Source: an uncultured Verrucomicrobiae bacterium (GTDB taxonomy: Bacteria; Verrucomicrobiota; Verrucomicrobiia; Chthoniobacterales; JAFAMB01). From it: a DNA stretch of 64,000 nt. Made by a program: the position numbers and the translations under genes. The stretch covers positions 64,001 to 128,000 of the forward strand of contig CAWEXO010000015.1 of NCBI GenBank assembly GCA_963813025.1. The letters are read 5' to 3'. Positions 42,304 through 52,842 of the stretch are shown here, in pieces; within the stretch, counting starts at the first letter, position 1, and each line of letters opens with the position of its first letter. Under the pieces are notes generated by a model that saw only the letters and a list, made by a program, of their open reading frames with translations, was not told where the DNA came from and did no database searches.

Positions 42304-42847
42304 CGTTGACTCTGGGGTTAGCCGGGCGGTTTTCACGTCCGCCAGGATGTTGGACCGATCGTAACCAAAGGCGCGGAGAAATCGAGACCAAACTCTGCAA
42401 TACTAATCATGGCTTTGGCAGGTGTGGGTGGGTCAACGTCGACCCCCCTTGAAGAACTCAGAGATCTCCCTCCCGGTAGCGATCAAGGGCGGCCTGGTCG
42501 TATTTGTGGTCTGCAAATGGCCGCGTCCATTTTGCGTCTCTTTCTCGAAGTGGCTAGAGGGCGCTTAACCTAATGATTCCGCCAATCCGCTTATCGAACT
42601 ATCGAACGTCTGCGTTGAACCATGGCGTCCCAAGGGTGACTGCACGAATCGCCATTTTTTTGCCGGCCTATTGGCGAGAGTGTTCAGCATTTTACGGCTT
42701 CAGTGGATATAACTACCAAAAAACTCGTACGTAGACTTGCAGCAGTTTGCAGCAGTTTTGCTTCCACTGCCTTCCATTTTTTTCACCCAATTAGCGCTTG
42801 TCCAAGGCAATACCAGGGAAGATAGTGGAAAAGAATACCCTGAAAGC

Positions 42848-44262
42848 GGGTTCAAGTCCCCCCCGAGCAGAGATTCCCACCTTTAAGTGGTTGTTTTTGA
42901 AGAACTTACGTTCTAAGACGCTTGGACAGATTCAAAATCTCGACCCCACCGCCTGATGTCCCGATTAAAATCCAAGACGACTCCAGGCGACATTCTTCGA
43001 ACTCGGCCATACTTCTATCGACGTCTGGATCCAGAAGATGGATATGGATGGTGATGGCGGACGACGAGAATTCGGACTTAGCGGCCAACGCCGCGGAACA
43101 GAAAGTGACAAGGAACCGCCGCAAATTCGCTTTGCGGATATCACGCTCCCGGATTGAAAAGGATTGTGGCTTGTCTGCGGCCTTTATTCTCAGGGATAGC
43201 AGCGAGAATTCGCGAGAACTTCTCTTCGCGCGCTCGGGCGAGTTCAATAGCTGTTTCTCGACCCTGTCTGGTTAGCCGAATCAAGACTTTCTTCGACTAA
43301 CGGACCGACGTTCAGCGGCTGGGCGGGCGCTCGACCACTTCTCGAATCAAGAGGACCGCGACGCCCGCCGGCCCGCTGGAACGGCTGGTTATACCGCCTC
43401 TAGTGAGGGCGAGAATATGTTCTCCCCTTGGGTCGAAAACCGCAGGCGCGGGACCGAGCGGGTTTTGGTCCGCCCGTGGTGTCCCCTTGCGCTTCCGAGA
43501 TGCACGCTTCGAAGATGCAACCTCAACCGCGGCGCGCCGCCTCGATTGCAGCGATGTCGATCTTTTTCATCTGCATCATCGCATCGAACGCGCGCTTGGC
43601 GGCAGCGGGATCGGGATCGGTGATCGCTTTCGTCAGGGCGATCGGCGTGATCTGCCAGGACAATCCCCATTTGTCCTTGCACCAGCCGCACGCGCTCTCC
43701 TGGCCGCCGTTGCCGACGATCGCGTTCCAGTAGCGATCCGTTTCGGCCTGGTCGGCGGTTGCGACCTGAAACGAGAACGCTTCGTTGTGCTTGAACGCGG
43801 GTCCGCCGTTGAGCCCGAGGCACGGAATGCCCATCACGGTAAACTCGACGGTCAACACGTCCCCTTTCTTCCCCGACGGAAAGTCTCCCGGTGCGCGGTG
43901 CACCGCGCCGACGGACGAATCGGGAAAGGTCTTGGCGTAAAACCGCGCCGCGTCCTCGGCGTCGCCGTCGTACCAAAGGCAAATCGTGTTCTTTGCTGGC
44001 TTCACCATGTCACTTCTCCATCGTGGCGGGATAACGCCCGCGCTCAGGGGCGCCGCAATGGCGGCCCCTTGAGCGCGTTGTTAGCGCGCACAGTTTGTAG
44101 ACAGCCTATTCACGTCGCATCTGTAGCCATGTTGGCGCGCCGGGTCAATTCTTTCGCGCTTGGCTCGACCTGGCTAAGCGAGGTAAGCGGAATATCTCCG
44201 GCTGGAACATAGGTGCTCATCACAACGCTAGTTGTTGAAACCTTCGAAGCCACGAGTCGCAG
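42848..44262. repeat. ~1.4 kb duplication, copy 2, starting at an internal att core
   Basis: Colinear with 23667-25085; attC copies at 43295-43394 and 44029-44086. Confidence 0.92.
43523..44008 (-). CDS. VOC/PhnB-like protein, second cassette copy
   Basis: 161 aa, nearly identical to 24344-24829. Confidence 0.92.
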   Translation of the reverse strand: MVKPAKNTICLWYDGDAEDAARFYAKTFPDSSVGAVHRAPGDFPSGKKGDVLTVEFTVMGIPCLGLNGGPAFKHNEAFSFQVATADQAETDRYWNAIVGNGGQESACGWCKDKWGLSWQITPIALTKAITDPDPAAAKRAFDAMMQMKKIDIAAIEAARRG

Positions 44263-44438
44263 TCTCTCGATCTTTACCATCGAAACCTGCCGCAGAGAGA
44301 TCCATCCCTGCGTCGTCCCCGAAAGCGAACAACCAACCACCTAACGTGAAATTTCCGGTTGGATCTTCGGTCGGTCCTCCGGGTGCCTGCATGACACCGT
44401 CCAGTGATGTAAATGTGGACGCAATGAGGTTTCCTCAT
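44110..44438 (-). pseudogene. DHFR-like cassette gene with an internal deletion
   Basis: N-terminal TSLDGVMQAPGGPTEDPTG fused to C-terminal LRLVASKVSTT; the middle is missing. Confidence 0.78.
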
Positions 44439-45917
44439 ATCACTATCCTACGATTGCATGACATTGTGCGTGCTAACAAGTGATTGAACCAACCTGCTCA
44501 TCTCCGGGATTTGCGTGGTTAGCAGTTAGCGAATGTTTTCATGGTTGATTGGTGGGGTTGGCACCCCAAAATCGAGATGAAAGCAGTTTGGGTTCAGAGT
44601 GAAAAGAGTTGTTTACGCATAAAAGGAGCTTGACACGCGCAGGGCACTTTGTGTCGGCAGCTCAAGCTCGGTTGAGCGGCTATCCGTGATGAGGAAAATG
44701 GATCCGTCCGCGGCCGGCGAGTCGGCGCCGGTTGTCGGAAGGACTTCGGAGCTCTTCTTTCGGGAGGCCTGATTTTGTCTTACACCCGCAATTAGATTTT
44801 AGGAAGCGACTTCGCGCGGGAGCTATTCTTGTCTGTCGGAATGATGATCCGTTCGCTCTTGAGCAGATGCGCGAAGCCCAAGACCGATCGCTGTTTGTTT
44901 TCCACGTAATGGCCGGCCGTCATCCGATGTCCGCATGGCGCAGCATTTCCTGAGCGGCCGTTAGCCCGTAGCGGGCATTATCTGCGAGCCGTATTCTTTG
45001 CGCAAGCTGGGCACGACGCGGATTATTCAGTTCTGTAACCGCCGCAATATCGGTATACTGTATCCGTAACTCACTGGGAACCATGAAACTCGATGACTGG
45101 CTCACGCGGTTAGTGGCCGTCCCACCCGGTCGTTCCCCGCTTGCAAACGGCTTAGCGATTGGCATGCGCATCGCGCTTTTCATCCTTATCCCTTTAGGCA
45201 TTATCGCCGCTATCGCAATCGTTCTTCTGCACGGATAAGCGTAACCACGCGCCAAGCCGAACCACTCACGATGAATAAGGTGGCGAGACACTCTGGCAGG
45301 CGGCCGCCCATGGTCGACGAATATACAGTTTTTTACCCTGATAGAAATTTCCCAGGGAAACACCGTGGAAAATAGCGCAAAATAGAACCCTGAAATCGGG
45401 TTCAAGTCCCCCCGAGGAAAGGGGGAAAATTGGTGCATTCCATCGGCAAGGCTTCAGCGTCTTTTGTATAGACGCGACCCCAGCGACCCCCCCTTCATCC
45501 CGAGGCCGACGAGCTTGGGCGCTAAGGCGCGCTGTAACCCCTTCTTTTTTTGGCGTTTTAATCTTTCGCGCCTAGGCCAAGTCTCGGTGCCGGAGCCGAC
45601 GTATCGATCGCGAACACCGGGTCGTCTATCGAGTCGACCGAGTTACGATCACCTTTCTTCAGTGCCGGAAACATTACTGAGTGTGAGAGCGAGCTCGGGC
45701 GACATCCAGATAAAACTTACCGGGGGTATTCCGATAAACTCGCTAGGACGGGCGCGCGAAGGGGCCTAGCGATCGATTCCAGGACGCACCTTGTCGTTGA
45801 CCTCAAATAGCTTGAGCTGTCCATTTGTATTGCCGCCCAGCTGTCTACAGCAACTGTGATAAATCCCGTAACAGATCGGCGGGTGACAAAGCATCCTAAA
45901 TTCCCTCGGGGAAGACT

Positions 45918-46724
45918 ATGAAGACGCGGCTTGAGAATCAAATTGCCATTGTAACTGGATCAAGTTCCGGTAACGGACGGGCGATTGCACTCGCCCTGTC
46001 GTCGGCAGGCGCGACGGTCGTCTGCGCCGATTTAAACAAAAACGCTCGGAAGGAAGGCTATGAAGAGGACGCCGAAATCGATACGGATAATGTTATCCAG
46101 CGCCGGGGGGGCAAAGCCGTCTACGTTCAGGCCGACGTTCGATGCGCCTCAGAAATCGAAAACATAATGACACGTACCATCTCGGAGTTTGGGCGCCTCG
46201 ACATCATTGTTAACAACGCCGGCGTGGGCACGGGACTTAACACCATACTTGAAGAAGCTGAAGAGGGGTATGATTTTGTGATGGCTGTAAACACTAAGGG
46301 CGTCTGGCTGTGTTGCAAGTCTGCGATCGCGCAGATGCTAAAACAGGAACCGCTTGAATCCGGTTCGCGAGGGAAGATCGTAAACATCGCCTCAACCGCC
46401 GCGCTCATCGGACGAGCCAGGCATCATGCCTACAGCGCTTCGAAAGCTGCGGTGGTCAACCTGACCCGCAATTTAGCGGTCATGTATGGCCCTCAGCGAA
46501 TCAATGTCAACGCCGTTTGTCCGGGACTAATACCAACAGCACTGACTCGACCGACCACCCCGGAAATGGAACAATGGCACGGGGCTGCTTTGCAAGACAC
46601 GCCTTGGCCACGATTGGGAACTCCCCAAGACGTAGCCCATTGCGTGTTGTTTCTCGCTTCTCCAGAAGCAGAGTGGGTCACGGGAGTCGCCTTGGCGGTA
46701 GACGGAGGAGCGAGCGCCAAATGA
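45918..46724 (+). CDS. SDR-family oxidoreductase
   Basis: TGSSSGNG, NNAG, YSASK and VDGG. Confidence 0.93.
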   Translation: MKTRLENQIAIVTGSSSGNGRAIALALSSAGATVVCADLNKNARKEGYEEDAEIDTDNVIQRRGGKAVYVQADVRCASEIENIMTRTISEFGRLDIIVNNAGVGTGLNTILEEAEEGYDFVMAVNTKGVWLCCKSAIAQMLKQEPLESGSRGKIVNIASTAALIGRARHHAYSASKAAVVNLTRNLAVMYGPQRINVNAVCPGLIPTALTRPTTPEMEQWHGAALQDTPWPRLGTPQDVAHCVLFLASPEAEWVTGVALAVDGGASAK

Positions 46725-46857
46725 ATCGATAGGATCATCATTTTTCACGGTCCTATCGGATTCATTGGACAGATTCAGAATCTCGACCCCGACCACCTGA
46801 TGCTCGGATTGAAATCCAAGACCACTCCAGGCGACACTCTTCCAGCTCGGCCATACT

Positions 46858-47211
46858 CCTATCGACGCCTGGATCCAAAAGATGGATGTCGATAGTGATG
46901 GCGGACGACGAGAATCCGGACTTCGTGGCCAACGCCGCGGAACAGGAAGTGATAAGGGAACCGCCGCACATTCGCTCTCCGGATATCACGCTCCCGGATT
47001 GAAAAATTGGTCGAGTTCCTCTAATGACATGCCAAGGGATGGATTCGCCTCAAATTCTCAAATTCCGCATCGCGACGCAGAGCTTCTGCTATCCCTTCAT
47101 CTTCGTCGTGCAGGACCGATGGAAGCGATCCCAGTAGGTGTGCCGCCAGGACAGCTCTCTCGGTCTCTGGTAAATCCAGTGCCAGTTTCTCGACTTCTGC
47201 TATGGCGCCAT
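46858..47211 (-). pseudogene. Degraded addiction-module antitoxin plus ParE/RelE toxin
   Basis: IAEVEKLALDLPETERAVLAAHLLGSL... followed by RRFPYHFLFRGVGHEVRILVVRHHYRHPSFG. Confidence 0.72.
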
Positions 47212-47329
47212 CGGAGCAAGTCTAGTTTCAACGGCCTCGAAGGCTAGGACTCATCGGAAAACCGCAACCTAATTCGATCGCGGTCTGATGCCACATCTGC
47301 CGATTCTCAAAGTTCTCGATCGTCGGGTC

Positions 47330-47690
47330 GGTTCCTCTTTCATGGCGAGGTTCGCATCCAGGTTAATCTGCGTCGACTGGAGGGATTCATGTGCAAGCCA
47401 GATCGCGATCAACGAGCGATCGACGCCAGCCTGCAGTAACTCCATTGCTGCCGCGTGTCGAAGAAACATGCGGACTTACCCGTTTGTTGATCAGAGAAGG
47501 CACTTTTGTCGAGCGAGTGCTACGTGCTTAGCGACCATGCGTTGCACAGCGTCAGCGCTGAGCCGGTCACCCCGCGCATTCGGGAACAGGAACTTCGATG
47601 GCTCTCTTCCCAATTCTTCTATTCAAGCACTCAACACCGACACCGCCCGCTTTGCCAAAGGAGTGCGGCGCTCCTTGCGCCCTTTTCCTG
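47330..47690 (-). pseudogene. Tyrosine recombinase C-terminal fragment (RIT-like)
   Basis: GKGRKERRTPL and LRHAAAMELLQAGVDRSLIAIWLAHES. Confidence 0.78.
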
Positions 47691-47700
47691 GCGTCCTTGA

Positions 47701-48864
47701 CTATTCTGAGCGCAGAGGTCTGAATAACTCACGGATCTCCTGGGCCAAAGCCTCCGGCTGCTCCATCGCAGCGAAGTGTCCCCCTCGTGGCATCACACTC
47801 CAGCGACGGATGTCCCTGAAGACTCGTTCTGCTAAAGAACGGGGCGGCCGTACTATCTCATGAGGGAATTCACAATAGCCGGTGGGAACGGTGACGATTT
47901 TGGTCTCCTCGATCTGCCATGAGCTATGCCTACGCGAATAATAGGGCCAGAAGGACGAACCGATCGCGCCCGTGAACCAATACAACCCAATATTCGCGAG
48001 AAGCTGGTCCCGCGTGAAGACAGTTTCGATGTCTCCTGCGCAGTCAGACCACGTACGAAATTTCTCTACGATCCAGGCCGCAAGACCCGCCGGGGAGTCC
48101 GTCAGAGCAAAGGCGAGCGTCTGGGGCCGAGTACCTTGAATCCAGCCATAACCGGATTCCTCCTTCATCCAGGCCCGGAGCTCCTCAAGGTAGCGGCTCT
48201 CCTCCGGCGTGCGAGCGGAGAACCCCTCCGCGTTATGGCCCACCGGCATCATGTTAAGGTGCAATCCCGACATACGCTCCGGGTACGCGAGGCCAAGGCG
48301 CGCCGTGATCCTCGAGCCCCAATCTCCGCCCTGCGCACCAAAACGCCTGTAGCCCAGAACGTCTGTCATCAACTCGGCGAAACAGTCGGCAATTGCTTCG
48401 ATCCCAAAGCGCGCCTGACCTGAAGTGAAGGACAGACCATAGCCTGGAAGTGAAGGCACGACGACCGTGAACGCATCTGCAGGATCTGCTCCGAACCGAC
48501 CTGGATCAGTCAGCCTTGGAATCAGCTCAAGGAACTCAAAGACCGAACCGGGCCAGCCGTGGGACAGAAGCAACGGATGAGGATCAGGGCCCTTCCCAGG
48601 CACGTGCATAAAATGCAGGTCGATGCCTTGCAAGTTAACCTTGTATTGAGGAAAGGAATTCAGCCGCGCCTCTTGAGCGCGCCAGTCGAAGTCATGTCGC
48701 CAATAGTCGACAAATCCTGCCATCCAATTGAGATCCGTGCCATAAGCCCATGGCTCACCGGGCGCTTGATCAGGGAATCGCGTCCGTGACAGGCGCTCTC
48801 GCAAGTCGGCAAGAGCCGCATCTGGAACGTGTAGGTTGAAAGTTTCGGGTTGTTTGCTTGTCAT
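47701..48864 (-). CDS. Epoxide hydrolase (EHN plus alpha/beta hydrolase)
   Basis: HGWPGS, QGGDWGS and GGHFAAMEQP. Confidence 0.93.
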   Translation of the reverse strand: MTSKQPETFNLHVPDAALADLRERLSRTRFPDQAPGEPWAYGTDLNWMAGFVDYWRHDFDWRAQEARLNSFPQYKVNLQGIDLHFMHVPGKGPDPHPLLLSHGWPGSVFEFLELIPRLTDPGRFGADPADAFTVVVPSLPGYGLSFTSGQARFGIEAIADCFAELMTDVLGYRRFGAQGGDWGSRITARLGLAYPERMSGLHLNMMPVGHNAEGFSARTPEESRYLEELRAWMKEESGYGWIQGTRPQTLAFALTDSPAGLAAWIVEKFRTWSDCAGDIETVFTRDQLLANIGLYWFTGAIGSSFWPYYSRRHSSWQIEETKIVTVPTGYCEFPHEIVRPPRSLAERVFRDIRRWSVMPRGGHFAAMEQPEALAQEIRELFRPLRSE

Positions 48865-49222
48865 TGTGTTTCTCCAGAGAGTTGTGGATTCAGAGCAAAG
48901 AGGGTGACTAAAAGGCCGGAGGAGCGGCTGATCTCGCGGAAATTTACCAAGGATACATTGCGTGCTTGAATGCACGCGACCTAAGTCGCCTCGACGATTC
49001 AAGTCAACAACCTGGTACAAGTACAAACTGGTCACCTCACTGACCTTTTACATATACCTGCTCAACGCGCGGGTCGAGGAACTCCGGCGTCACAAGCGCT
49101 GGCAATGAGCCGCGTGAACGCTCTTAAACTCGCCGCGCTCGAAACGTTCGAGAATCTGGGCGCGCGACCCGCCAGAGGCCTCTGGCACATGAACGAGACG
49201 TCGCACGACAGAGTCCAGCAGC

Positions 49223-49572
49223 TCAGGGTAGTTTGTCGAAAAAGAGATAAAGGGCGGCAATCCGGCCGTCTCGGGCAATGATGAAATCAGTCCCGGCGTA
49301 AGCTGGCGCCTCACCGGGGCGGCCCGATACCCATTGGATCCGCCCGCCATTGCCCAATTCCTCGGGCTCGGCAATTGGCTGATATCGAAAGTCAGGGTGA
49401 GCCGCCTTGATCGCGCCTGCGACGCGATCGATCTCGTCGCGGCCATGGGGTCGTAGAACACGCAATCTTCGGTGAAGATCTCGTCGATGGCCGCACGCCG
49501 ACGCGTGGGGTCGTTTTCACCGAAGACCTTGTGAAGATTGCGGATCAGCAAGGTCGATATGGTGTAGGACAT
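49223..49572 (-). pseudogene. SnoaL/NTF2-like protein, frameshifted
   Basis: VFGENDPTRRRAAIDEIFTED and GTDFIIARDGRIAALYLF in different frames. Confidence 0.75.
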
Positions 49573-49672
49573 GATCGCCTGATTCTGGTCGGCGAAGTCA
49601 TTGTGGAACGAGATGTTGTCGAAATCAAGGGAGGTAAGGAAGTGACCGTTTACGAGACATGGCCTTCGGCCG

Positions 49673-49927
49673 ATGGACAGCACGATTTTCAAGGCAAAAG
49701 CCGGGCGGACGAATAGGTGGAATAGCGGCACCGGTGCACGCCAGACCGCTCTTTTCATCGGCAGAATCCGCGGTAGACTGAGCCTCAAAGAACTTGGGCG
49801 ACTGGCAGGCGGGATTCATCACAACGCTGTGGGGATCGCCATTCGTCGTTTCACTCAACGCCTCCAGAGCGATCGCACCCTCCTTGAAAAGGTCTCGCTT
49901 GTTCTAAAGGAACTAGAGCCTCGGTAA
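49673..49927 (+). pseudogene. C-terminal helix-turn-helix remnant, probably of a Y1 transposase
   Basis: LSLKELGRLAGGIHHNAVGIAIRRF, resembling the DnaA-C-like tail of such transposases. Confidence 0.45.
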
Positions 49928-50125
49928 CAACCGCTCCTTTGTTGTATAGGAAGCCGCATGCATCACTTCCGATTCCGCACATGAGAAAGTCGGCTCGCAT
50001 CGTGCCGAATGCTTCCAATCTTTTAGTCGTTGGGCTGAATACTAGTTTCTTTTGTCTTTTGTATAGACGCGACCCCTCCCTGCACTTCTGGCTTTCTTTT
50101 TCGGCATCATGTATAGGTTTTTCCG

Positions 50126-50555
50126 ATGCCTCCTGTTACCTTGAGCGCAGTATTGAACCCTGAGGACTCCGGATACGTCGCTCTTTGCCCTGAGTTGGAC
50201 ATAGCCAGCCAAGGCGAGTCACTGGATGAGGCCTTAGCCAACTTGAAAGAAGCGGTCGAAGGCTTTTGAGGCGGCGAGCTCCACCGAAATCGAAACTCGG
50301 CTTAAGCGTCGTGCGCTTTTCACTCACTTCGAAGTAACCCGTGCCTAAGCTGGGCATTTTCTCGGGAGACGAAGTTTGTCTCATCTTGGAAGCGCACGGC
50401 TTTCGTCGGGTGCGCCGTAAAGGCAGTCATGCAGTAGCAGACCGCAGACACCACTATCACCGTTCCTGTCCCGCTCCATCGGGAACTTGAGGATCGGTAC
50501 GCTTCAATCGATTATCCGGCAATCTGGACTCGGCCGTGAGCCTTTTCTCGTTTAA
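50126..50555 (+). pseudogene. hicBA: hicB-hicA toxin-antitoxin pair, both frameshifted
   Basis: GYVALCPELDIASQGESLDEALANLKEAVEG and LEAHGFRRVRRKGSH...VPVPLH...GTLQSIIRQSGL. Confidence 0.8.
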
Positions 50556-51753
50556 TCCTGCAACAGTTCTCCGCCTTGGCGCGACGCTTCCGAAAGAAAC
50601 CAGGTCCAACGACGGTGGAATCGATGCCTAACGGCGCCAGTTCCCGAATTTTCCCGAGCGAGTAGCGGAGTTGCAGTAAGCAGACAGATATCAGGATTAA
50701 ATGAGGGTCGGGAGCGATTTTTAACGCGCTTCGATAACTCGACAAAACTCATTTATCCGGCGCCGCACCAGCCGCTGCCGTCTCCGGCCGCTGGAACTGC
50801 GATTCCAGTGCGCTGCCGCCGGATTGGCTTGTGAAAAGCAGCGGACGCTCGTGCGAGACACGTTGTGGAACTTCCTCATAGGCATAAGCAAGCGAGGTAC
50901 CTTGGATTTCGGAGAATCGCTGACGGATTGCGCTATCAGGGAAGTGCGCGGTTTCCGGAACGGCGGTTGCTGTGCACGACACAGCCGCGACATGGATGAT
51001 GAATTTGGTGTCGCATTCTCGCTTTTTCATCTCTCTGATGACAAGCTTGGCCTCACTGCCGTTCTTTCTCTTAACGCTTCCAGCTGAAGCTCTTGCCGAT
51101 ACGCGATTCCCAATCTCTCGAAAACTAGCCGGGACTCGAGCCGGACTCTGAAGGAATTTGCTAGCTCAATTTCGAGTGCCTTTCGTTACGTCGGGCAGAC
51201 CGAAGGCCTTCAAAAGATCCTTCTTCGATATGCGAGGTTCAGTTCTTTCGTCGCTGTTGTTCCGGCGTTGATGCCGGTTTTGCTCCTGAAAGAGCTGCGA
51301 TTAGACGGGTCGTCCCTTTGAGATGCGAATCCAAACGGTTAGCACTGATTGCGTCGTCCCAAGGCCGGCAACCAACGCCCGGGAAATTGATCGGCGAGGG
51401 TGCGCGGCCAGTGTTGGGCCGGCCCCAGGGGGACCGACCCCCGAACCCCCAAATAAATATGCCCTGACTCAAAAACGCGTTACACTGGGGATTCCCATAT
51501 TTACGTGGAGAGGCAGCCGATGATCCAAACACATAGAGAATTTGTACATAGATTGACCACAAAAGACCACACTTTTGCTTCCGCCCACTTCCATGGGTTT
51601 CTAGGCTGATTGAATTCCCTAGGGAAACACTAGGAACACAGCGGAAAACAGAACCGTAAAATCGGGTTCAAGTCCCCCCCCGAGCACCAGAACTAAGGGG
51701 CTTCCGGTGAAAACTCGTCGTTAAGGCGGGCTTGTTAGCTTCCTACTAATACG

Positions 51754-52842
51754 ATGGCATCGCTCGAACCGCAGCTTACTCTCCAATTCGGCGCCCGTTC
51801 CTATCCTGTTTACATCGGCGCTGGTATTCTGCCGGAGATCGGACGGCTCGCTCGCCGGGCCGGCTTGAACGCGCCTTGCGCGATAGTGTCGGATGCGACT
51901 GTGGACCAGCTTTACGGTTCAGCCGTCAGGGGGTCTCTCCGCCAGGCCGGACTCCAGCATTCGACTCACCTGATTGCTCCTGGAGAAGCGTCGAAATCCT
52001 TTGAAGCCCTGCAACGCCTGGCTGAAAGCGTGGCCGCGACTGGCCTCGATCGACAGGGATTCGTCATCGCGCTCGGTGGCGGTGTGGTTGGCGATCTGGC
52101 CGGCTTTTTTGCTTCCATTTACCGGCGCGGACTGCCCTACCTACAGGTCCCAACTACGGTCATGGCGCAAGTCGATAGCGCCGTTGGCGGCAAAACCGGG
52201 ATTAATCTTTCCGCCGGAAAAAACCTGCTTGGCACGTTTCATCAGCCACGGTTCGTCCTCGCAGACCCGGCCACGTTGATCACGCTGCCTCCGCGGGAAC
52301 GGAATGAAGGCTTTGCCGAGATTATCAAGTACGGCATCATTCGCCAGCCGGATCTTTTGGAGGACCTGGAGCGCGGATCTTTCACTATGCCTGAACTGGT
52401 CCGGCGGTGTCTCGCGATTAAAGCCGATTTCGTGACGAAAGACGAGGAGGAACGCTCGGGAGAACGCGCTCTGCTGAACTTCGGCCACACGATCGGACAC
52501 GGCATCGAAGCCGCCGCGGGGTATGGTACCCTCCTCCACGGCGAAGCGATCAGCCTTGGAATCCGGGCGGCTATTCTGGTCTCAATGCGGGTTGCCGGGC
52601 TCTCCGCAGCCGAAGGGCAGCGCGTAATCGGTCTGCTCGATCGTTTTGATCTGCCCACCCGACTCAGTCCGGATCTTTCGAAGGCCGAAATCCTGGAGAA
52701 GATTTTTTCCGATAAAAAGTTCGTTAGCCGCCGCATTCGCTTTGTCGTGGCGCCCCGCCTGGGCTTTGCCGAGTTGACTGATCGAGTAAGCGAAGAAGAT
52801 CTGGAGTGGAGCATCGACGCTCTGGCAGACTCCGGGGTGTGA
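51754..52842 (+). CDS. aroB: 3-dehydroquinate synthase
   Basis: GGGVVGDLAGF, DSAVGGKTGIN and LNFGHTIGH. Confidence 0.97.
   Translation: MASLEPQLTLQFGARSYPVYIGAGILPEIGRLARRAGLNAPCAIVSDATVDQLYGSAVRGSLRQAGLQHSTHLIAPGEASKSFEALQRLAESVAATGLDRQGFVIALGGGVVGDLAGFFASIYRRGLPYLQVPTTVMAQVDSAVGGKTGINLSAGKNLLGTFHQPRFVLADPATLITLPPRERNEGFAEIIKYGIIRQPDLLEDLERGSFTMPELVRRCLAIKADFVTKDEEERSGERALLNFGHTIGHGIEAAAGYGTLLHGEAISLGIRAAILVSMRVAGLSAAEGQRVIGLLDRFDLPTRLSPDLSKAEILEKIFSDKKFVSRRIRFVVAPRLGFAELTDRVSEEDLEWSIDALADSGV

Larger units (their letters stand above)
23667..51689. mobile_element. Composite, decayed genomic island integrated at tRNA-Leu
   Basis: The tRNA 3'-end core GGGTTCAAGTC(n)GAG recurs at 42848, 45398 and 51664 (the last followed by CACCA). 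The interior is pseudogene- and mobile-element-rich; core genes resume at aroB. Confidence 0.88.

Noticed and set aside
42848..42869. Additional tRNA genes at 42848, 45398 and 51664
   Set aside because: Only the T-arm and acceptor 3' strand are present; these are att cores.
50560..51600. Possible coding remnant before the final att
   Set aside because: No frame gave a recognisable protein; left unannotated.
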